DNA from: Minisyncoccota bacterium
GTDB taxonomy: Bacteria; Patescibacteriota; Minisyncoccia; Phycocordibacterales; Phycocordibacteraceae
Reading direction: 5' to 3'
DNA length: 64,000 nucleotides
Assembly (NCBI GenBank): GCA_041660025.1
Contig: JBAZXD010000002.1
Location: 4,635-68,634, forward strand
Shown here: piece after piece, positions 54,784 to 63,700 of the stretch
Layout: the number at the start of each line of letters is the position of its first letter
Numbering within the stretch: position 1 is the stretch's first letter
The notes under the pieces: generated by a model
What the model saw: the letters and a program-made list of their open reading frames with translations, nothing else
Database searches by the model: none
Told to the model about the DNA's origin: nothing
Position numbers and translations under genes: made by a program

Positions 54784-57700
54784 ATGGATCCTTCTTTTAA
54801 CGAAAATAAGCAAAAAAATATCTCGATCCGTGAGGCTACGAATCGTTCTGGATATAGCACAGGATATCTTTCCAATCTTTGTCGAACGGGAAAAATAGTT
54901 GGGAAGTATTCTCATAACGAATGGTCTGTCGATATCGCATCACTTGAGAGCTTTATCAAGGGGCAGGCGGAACGTAAAGAAGCGCGCGCGCGCGAGCTCG
55001 CGCGCGCGCGCGAGATGGAGTATCGAGCGCACCGCGTCCCGAAGACACCGAGCGGCGCGAACCTTCAACCTTCAACCTTCAATTTTCAAAAAAAGCCACC
55101 CGCGATGCCGCTGTCAGAGATCATTCGCGGTTCATTGCGTTCGCAGGCCATCGCCATCGCCACGGCACTTCTGGTCGTCGGAGGGAGCGCTCTCGCGGCA
55201 CAAGCCTCGGCGATCCCGCAGTTCGCGGGAAAGACCGCAATGCTCGTGCGCGAGGCCGCGCTCGGATTCGATGATTTGTTCGGCGACATTCCTGCGCGCA
55301 TCGTGTCGAGGATCGATGCCGCAGAAAATGATGTGAGGAGAATTTCTTCGCGCATCGTGGCGGCGAACGCGATCACGACCGCGCGTATCGCGTCGCCGTT
55401 TCTTGCGGAGCCGGATCTTTCTTCACTGCAGATGGCCCCATTAGAGACAAGGACCAAAAATGTCCTGGCCGACTTGCAGTCGACGTCTCTAACGGGACAA
55501 GCGCTCGATGTACCGATGATTACTGCTGATGATGTACAAATGTTTGTGCTCGACGTGTACGGGGTGGTCGCTTCGCCGTCGCGTGCCGCCCGCGCGCTCG
55601 TGAACGCATATGTCGCGCTCGGCGAAGACGCGTATGACGCGATCGCGGCGGCATTCTCTGCCTACGATTCGCTCATCGAGAAGTCGGGAACGAGAGCGCT
55701 CGCGCTCGCCGCCACGACGCGCGACACGCTGGCGGCGGCACCACAGCTCGTCGCGCAGATGAATCTCGCGCTCGGCGGGGCGGTTATCAAAGCCGCGCAT
55801 ACGGCGGTAGAAGCCGACGTGGCGGCCGCATACACCCTCGCCACCGCCGCTCCCGCAAGCGCCCGCGCCACCGTCGCGCTCGTCGGCGGCGCGGGCGCCA
55901 CACTCGCAGACGCCACAGCCGAGCTCCCGCGACTCGCCTCCGCACTCTTCCTGCGCGCAACGTCAGCCCCGGCCCAGCTCGCACCCGCCCTCGCCCAGGC
56001 GGTCTTCGACGCTGAATACACTGCCGCAACACGCTTCGTCGCGTTCACCCGCGCCGTCTCCGACGCCTCTCTCGCCTCGATCACCAACGCCGGCGAGCTC
56101 ACATATACCATCACAAAAGGAACCCAGGACACTCTTCGCACCACGGGAACTCTCCTCGCTACCGCACCCGCAACGGTCCACAACGCGTATCTCGGCACCC
56201 TCGGCACAGGTGCGCTCGCGCTCGCTGCGGTACAACCCACCCTCACCACCACCGAACAGATTGCCCTCACCACGTACGAAACCATCCACGACTTCTTCAG
56301 CTCGGCCGGCCGTGCGCTCGCCGATCTCCTCACCCCCGCCCCGATCATTGTTCTGGTGAACAACACACCGAAAACGCCAGCCCCCGTCGCCACCTCCACC
56401 CCAGTCATTCCGCCATCTCCCTCCCGCAGTTCGCAACCTTCAATCGTTAATTCAACTTCATACCCCACGTACACCACCATCGTCCGTGGCGTCTCCGAAG
56501 ACTTCGTCAACCAATCCCTCACCTCGCTCCGCACCGAGCTCCTCGCGCGGGTCTCGAGCCTCATCCAGCCCGTCGCGAGCCAGGTGGCCACCAACGTCAC
56601 CACCATCCAGCAGGTCAATATGATCCAGGACCTCTCTGACCTCATCGTCAGGAACGGCGACTTCCGGGGCGGCACCTTCGACAGCGGCACACTCTCAAAC
56701 GGCCTCAGCGTCACCGCAACGAACGGCACCTTCACCACTCTCACTGCCGGAGCGACAACCCTCGGCGCAACCTCTCTCGCCACCACCACCGTCACGGGCG
56801 ACCTCACGCTCTCCGGCATCCTCACGGCAAACACGAAAGCCGTCGCCCCGTATTTCGTCGCGACCGACACAGCCGCAACCTCCACCTTCGCCGGTATGCT
56901 CGCCATCGGCACCACCACCCCCTATGGCGCCGGCCTCCTCACGGTCGGCACCTCCTCCCCCTTGCTCTATATCGACAGCACCACCGGGAACCTCGGCATC
57001 GGCACCTCCTCGCCCGCATCCGCTCTCTCCGTTGCCGGCAACTTCCTCCTTACCGGCACCACCACGGTGACCGGCACCGACTCCGGCATCACCTTCACCG
57101 GCACCGGGAACCACGACATCACCGCCTCCGCCGGTACGCTGCGCATTGGTTCAAACACCATCATCGGCAACATCCAGGCCTTGGACAGCACGGTGGACAT
57201 CGGCACCCCGGCTGTCCGCTTCGACAAGATCTATGCGAACGAAGTGAACGCCTCCACCATCGTCGGCACCCTCACGGGAGGCAACCTCACCGCCGAGACA
57301 TTCTCCATCAACTCCGACAATGTCTCTTCCGACCAGGAGAACTCCTACCTGTCCTTCCACCGCGGCACCGTCTCCCCGAATGCGCTCCTCACCTGGAACG
57401 CCGCCACCTCCTCAAAGCGCTTCGAGTTCAACCAGCCGCTCTTCGTCCTCGACGCCTCCGCCTCCACCACCAACACTACTCTTTCCATTCAGAGCGTCGC
57501 CGGTCAGACCGGCGACGTCTTCCGTATCTCCTCATCTTCTTCGGCAACCAACTTCTTCACCGTGACCGGCGCGGGGAATGTGGGGATTGGGACGAATAGT
57601 CCAACGGCTAATTTCCAGGTTACCTCTAATAATTCTAATACGAACAGCACAACGGGTGTCGGCGTTCTTCTTAAAGATGCTATGAGCACTACTAACAAAA

Positions 57701-60700
57701 TAATTCGTTTCCAGGGCAATTCCGGTTCCTATGATCATATTATCTACACTCCAGGCTCCTCTTCAAATTTAAGAATCGGCATAACTAATGGAACGAATAC
57801 ATACGACACGGTCACCCTTACAAATGGAAATCTCGTTGGCATCGGGAATTCAGCTCCGTTGTCTAGACTAGGTGTTACTGGGAATCTCTCTGTCGGAGCA
57901 ACCTATGGGATTATCGCAGCTCCTACTTCGGGAATGATAGTTGAAGGCAACGTCGGCATCGGGACGACGAGTCCATCGCAAGCGCTCTCGGTCCAGGGCA
58001 ACGGACTGTTCTCGGGGAACCTTGCAGCTGCCAACATTACGGCGACAGGTACCATTACCAGCACATACATTGGAGGCAACGCTTTTATTGCTCCCGGTTC
58101 AACAGGATCTTCCCCCCAATATTCATTCGCCGGGTCGAGTGGGAACGGACTCGGGATGGATTCGAGCGGCAATACAATACTTCAACATTCATTTGGTAGT
58201 GCTGGTACTGGCGTCATCATTAAAACAGGTACCGGTTCGGCGGCAGAAGTGGCGCGTTTCGTTGCGGGAGGCAACGTCGGCATCGGGACGACGACGCCGG
58301 GTGCGACGCTACAAGTATATGGTTCCGGATTGTTTGGCGCTGGAGCGACCCTTTTGAGCGGGGACGTCGTCACCATTAAAGGGCAGACACGGGTTCAAGG
58401 CTCGATGATTTTCGACACTTCTCCGAGCTCCGTAAGCGCGTCGATTACCCCGAATCTTGCCGGTTACACCACCTTCAACAGCAGTTCATGGCCCATAGTA
58501 TTGCAATCGACGGGCGGCAACGTCGGCATCGGGACGACGAGTCCAGGATGGCAACTGGAAGTCGCAGGCGTCGGTTCCAAGGCGGGGAATCCCTGGGATG
58601 CAACGGGCGGAGTGGCCGCAATCACTGATACCAGCGCCTACGGGCTTGGCGAAGGAGGGCAACTTTTGTTCCAGGGTAAATATACTTCCGCCGGGGCATT
58701 AGCGATGTTTGGCGGTATCCGTGCGTTCAAGGCAAATGCTACCGATGGAAGCGCAGTTGGCAATCTTGACCTATGGTCGCGAGCGGGAGCGATTCGTTTT
58801 TATTCTACGAGTGTCCCTCAAAACGGACAGGATGGGACACCAGACGTCACGATAAGCTCAACCGGCAACGTCGGCATCGGGACGACGAGTCCGGGCCAGT
58901 TGTTGACGGTTGGGAACAATAATCAGTTTACGGTCGATAGTTCCGGCAATGTCGTGGCTACAGGGTCCATCAGCGGCACCACAATTTATGCATCATCCGC
59001 AGTTATTGGAACCAATAGCGGCGTTTTATATCTCGGTGGAAGTTCTGCAACCGTTTTGGTTGCCGCGGGAGTATTTGGTCCTATTACCGACGTTTCCCAA
59101 GATTTGGGATTTTACAATAGACAATGGAGAAATACTTACATTGGCGGCAATGTCAGGGTCGGAGCGACATATGCAGCATTAAACATCGCAGGTCCAACAA
59201 GCGGAATGATAATAGAAGGCAACGTCGGCATCGGGACGACGACGCCGTGGGGCCAGCTCTCCGTGAACCCGAATGGGATAACCGGTCCTGCATTCGTCGT
59301 GGGCTCCTCCACCGCCACCAACTTCATCGTGACGAACGGGGGAAATGTGGGGATTGGAACCGCGAGCCCATTGGCGCAATTATCTGTTGGCAGTGGCAGT
59401 CTGGCGGATGCGGTAGTTCCCGTGCAGATTAACGCCGCTTCGGGGGGCCAAGCATGGTACGGGGTCAATAAGGCCGGCGGTTACGGGATGCTCACTGGAT
59501 TTTATGATGTCGCTTCTGGCAACTTCTCTCGTGGTGGTGTTATCCGTATGGTAACGAGTGACCCGCTGACGATTGCAGTCAACAATACCGTGTCGGCAAT
59601 GACATTCTTAAGCGACGGCAACGTCGGCATCGGCACGACGACGCCCGGGTCGCGTCTGCATGTGTACAACGGTCAGGGTGGCGGATCTGTCTCCGTGAGC
59701 TCATACGACACCCTATCGGTAGAAAACAACAACATCAACTACATCAACATGATCTCTCCGACCGCCAACCGGAGCGGCATTATATTCAGCAATAGCTTGC
59801 GAGGGATTGGGGGCATTACGTATACCGGCGGTGATACAACCGCAGGGTATGGTGGTACGAATAGTTTGAATTTTTCGACCAACGGCTCAACTCAGTCTAT
59901 GGTGATCAACAGCACCGGCAACGTCGGCATCGGGACGACGACGCCGTCCTATAAACTGGAGGTGAACAATGACTCAGCCGCGACTATCGCGCGCTTATTC
60001 AGAAATCAGACTGGAGCAAACGCAGACGTAGAGTTCGGAAATAAGAGCAACACTTGGATCCACCGCGTTACTGGCGACGGAACATATGATTACACCCTCG
60101 TTAATTCTGGCAACGGAGTACGAGTATTGACAGCTCTTTACAACGGCAACGTCGGCATCGGGACGACGACGCCGTGGGGTCAGCTTTCAGTAAATCCAAA
60201 CGGTATCACGGGCCCGGCATTTGTCGTCGGCTCCAGCACGGCCACCAACTTCATCGTCACGAACGGGGGCAATGTGGGGATCGGAACGGTGAGCCCGCAG
60301 GCGAAATTTGATGTAGCCGGAAATGTCTTGCTTGGGAGCGGACAAACTAATCCTTGGGTATACTTCGGAGGTCTCACTTCCGCCTTTCCCGCATTCAAGC
60401 GAGAAGGAGCCAACATTGAGGTAAAGCTGGCTAACGACGGCAACTACGCAAACCTGTACGCGAATGCCTTCTATCCCGGTGGAAGTGGCGTTATCGACTC
60501 AGGGAGTACGGGAGTGGTGAATATAAAGAATACCACCGCCACGAACGCGGCAACATTCCGCGTATACAACACGTTCACCGACACCTCCAACTATGAGCGC
60601 GGCGTATTCGATTGGAGCACTACGGCGAACGTCCTCTCTATCGGAACGCAGGCGGCAGGGACGGGGACATTGAGGAATATTAATCTCATCGGCGGCAACG

Positions 60701-63700
60701 TCGGCATCGGGACGACCTCGCCCTCCGCCAAGCTCTCCATTCAAAACTCAGCTACCAGCTCCCCTATAATTTCTTTGAGCGATCCGCTCGGAGGAATATC
60801 ACTGGAATTGCGTGCCGGGACCTCCACTCTTAACAATACTTTCGTTGGCGTTGGAGTCGGGCAGGCCGACACAACTGGTTATTACAATACAGCGAGCGGC
60901 TACCAGGCCCTCTATTCAAATGCTACTGGTTTCTACAATACCGCTAATGGCATGCAAGCCCTTTACTCAAACACTGGCAACAGCAATACCGCCAATGGCA
61001 TGAAGGCTCTTTATTCAAACACCGGCAGCAACAATACCGCTAGTGGTGTGAACGCTCTATACTCCAACACTACTGGAGGGGGCAATACCGCTAATGGAGT
61101 GAGTGCTCTCTACTCCAACACCACCGGAGCTAACAATACTGCCATCGGTCAGTTTGCCCTTTCCTCCAATATTTCTGCTACCACCACCACAGCAATTGGC
61201 GTCAGCGCCGCTCAAGGTCCGAGCAATTACTACAATCAAGGTGGGGTGTATGTCGGCTACAGGTCAGGCTTTAGTGCGGCCACTGACTCCGACTACAACA
61301 CCCTCGTCGGCTACCAATCAGGCTACGGCATCACTACCGGCTCTAACAATATCTGGATTGGTACCGCCACCTCCTCCACCGCCATCGCCAACCTCACCAC
61401 CGGCAGTCAGAACATCCTCATCGGCAATAATATCTCGCTCCCTTCAGCCACTGCCTCGGGTCAGCTCAACATCGGCAACATCATCTTCGGTACCGGCATT
61501 ACCGGCACCGGTTCAACCGTATCAACTGGCAACATCGGCATCGGGACGACGAGTCCGTGGGGGCAGTTGAGCGTGAACCCGAACGGCATCACGGGCCCGG
61601 CGTTTGTCGTCGGATCCAGCACTGCCACGAATTTCATCGTGACGAACGGCGGGAACGTCGGCATCGGGACGACGAGTCCAACCAATTTACTTTCTTTGAG
61701 CGGCACGGGTAGTGTTTTGAGCCTCGATCGCTCAACGGGTACGAATCAACTCATTGTGAGCTATAAATTGGGAAGTACAGAATATTCGCGCATCGGTCTC
61801 GCCGGTACGACAAATAGTCTCATCACTGGGAGCGTTGCGGGAGATTTGGGACTCATGACCCTATCGCGAAAAATCATGTTTAGCACCGACTCCGGCTCTA
61901 CCGCGCACATGATTATTGACACCTCTGGCAACGTCGGCATCGGTGAGACCTCTCCCGCTTCATACGCGAAACTCACAGTAAGTCTTACGTCTGGGGCTGG
62001 CTTCACCTTACGTGGAACAACGAACTCATCGCAATTTGATATAGCCGCAGTCGGTAGTGCTGGGACATTTCTGGGACCAACTGGTGTCGGCGACACTGTA
62101 ATCCGCGAATTAACGAACAACCTGGTAATCGGCACCTACGCTGCAAAAGCTCTTATATTTGCTACGGGGAATGCAGATCGCGGGCGGATACTTAGTAATG
62201 GTGACTGGATAATGGGAGGGACTACCGTCGGCGACGGGACAAACGATGTGTGGACGTATGATAATTCAAACGACTATATAAAGAGCAGCCGCTCGCCGAC
62301 CACGCTCGCCAATCATGCGGTTTTCTACAACGGGAACGGAGCTATTGGGAGCATACAAACGAACGGTTCCGCCACAGCCTTCAACACCTCTTCAGACCGC
62401 CGCATCAAGGAGAACATTGCGACGACGACGCTCGGACTCTCGACACTGATGCAGATTTCCGTTGACGACTTCAACTTCGTCAAGGATCCGAATACGCGCG
62501 TGCAGGGTTTCATCGCGCAGGATCTGTACAACATCTATCCGGAAGCGGTCTCAATCAACGGCGACGACGGTACTGTCCCACTCGACCCATCATCCATCCC
62601 CTGGCAAGTGGACTATGGCCGCATTACCCCGCTCATCGTCAAATCCGTGCAGGACTTGAATGCGAATTTCGAGTCCCGCACCTCCTTCATCCAAAGCGCC
62701 GCAACATCCACCGTTCTGACGGTGGATGTTGCGGGGAATGTCGGCATCGGTACAAGTACGTCGAATCATACGTTGACGGTCGCCGGCGACATCGGCGCCA
62801 CCGGCTTCATCAACACCTCCACCCGAAGTGCCAAGACCGACATCTCATACGTCTCCGCCAGCACCACCGACGATATGCTGAACCAGCTCACCAACCTCAA
62901 AGTCGCCACCTATCGCTATACCATCGAGAATCAGGACGACCCGCTCCGCCTCGGCTTCATCGCAGAGGACGCACAAACCATCGCCCCCGAAATCCTCTCG
63001 CCCGACGGGAAGGGAGTTGACCTCTACAAGCTCGCCACCTTCAACCTCGCCGCTACCCAGGCGCTCGCCGCCAAGTTCGACCAGATGGACACCCGTGTTA
63101 CCTCGCTCGAAGATCGCATCTCTGCTCTCGAGAGCGGGGCAGTCAGTAGCGCGAGCGGCTCGCCGCTCGCGCTCTCCTCCTCGACGCTCGCGAGTGCGTT
63201 CGAGGGTCTCGGCGTTCTCATCAAGAACGGCATCGCCCAATTCAATACTTTGGTATTCCGCCAGCTCGTCGCGAGCAAGGACGCCGACGGCACGAGTAGT
63301 GCCGGTAGCGTGACGATACTTGTTGGCAACACCGTCGCTCAGGTCAATAATTCTCTCGTTCTCCCTTCGACCAAGGTCTTCGTCACCTTCAATTCGCAAA
63401 TCACCGGTAGCTGGTGGGTCTCGGACAAGCTCGCAGGCTCCTTCCGCGTCGTGCTCTCCGAGGCGCAGACAAGCGACGTCTCCTTCGACTACTTCCTCGT
63501 CCAGACTGAGGGCCAAATCGCGACGAGCACGCCGAGCGTATCAGGCACCATCTCTCAATCGGGCGGCACCGACGTCACACCGCCCGTCATCACCCTGCTT
63601 GGCGATAACCCGATGCACCTCTCCGTCGGCGGCACCTTCGTCGAGCCGGGCATCACCATCACCGATGACGTCGATGGCGCCATTAGCGTATACGTCGCTT

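Noticed and set aside
54899-55336. 145-aa plus-strand ORF in frame 2 at the start of the second giant gene
   Set aside because: Frame 1 from the ATG at 54784 is continuously open to the window end and reproduces the HTH/ARARELARARE/TM architecture of gene 1. Frame 2 is a basic low-complexity shadow.
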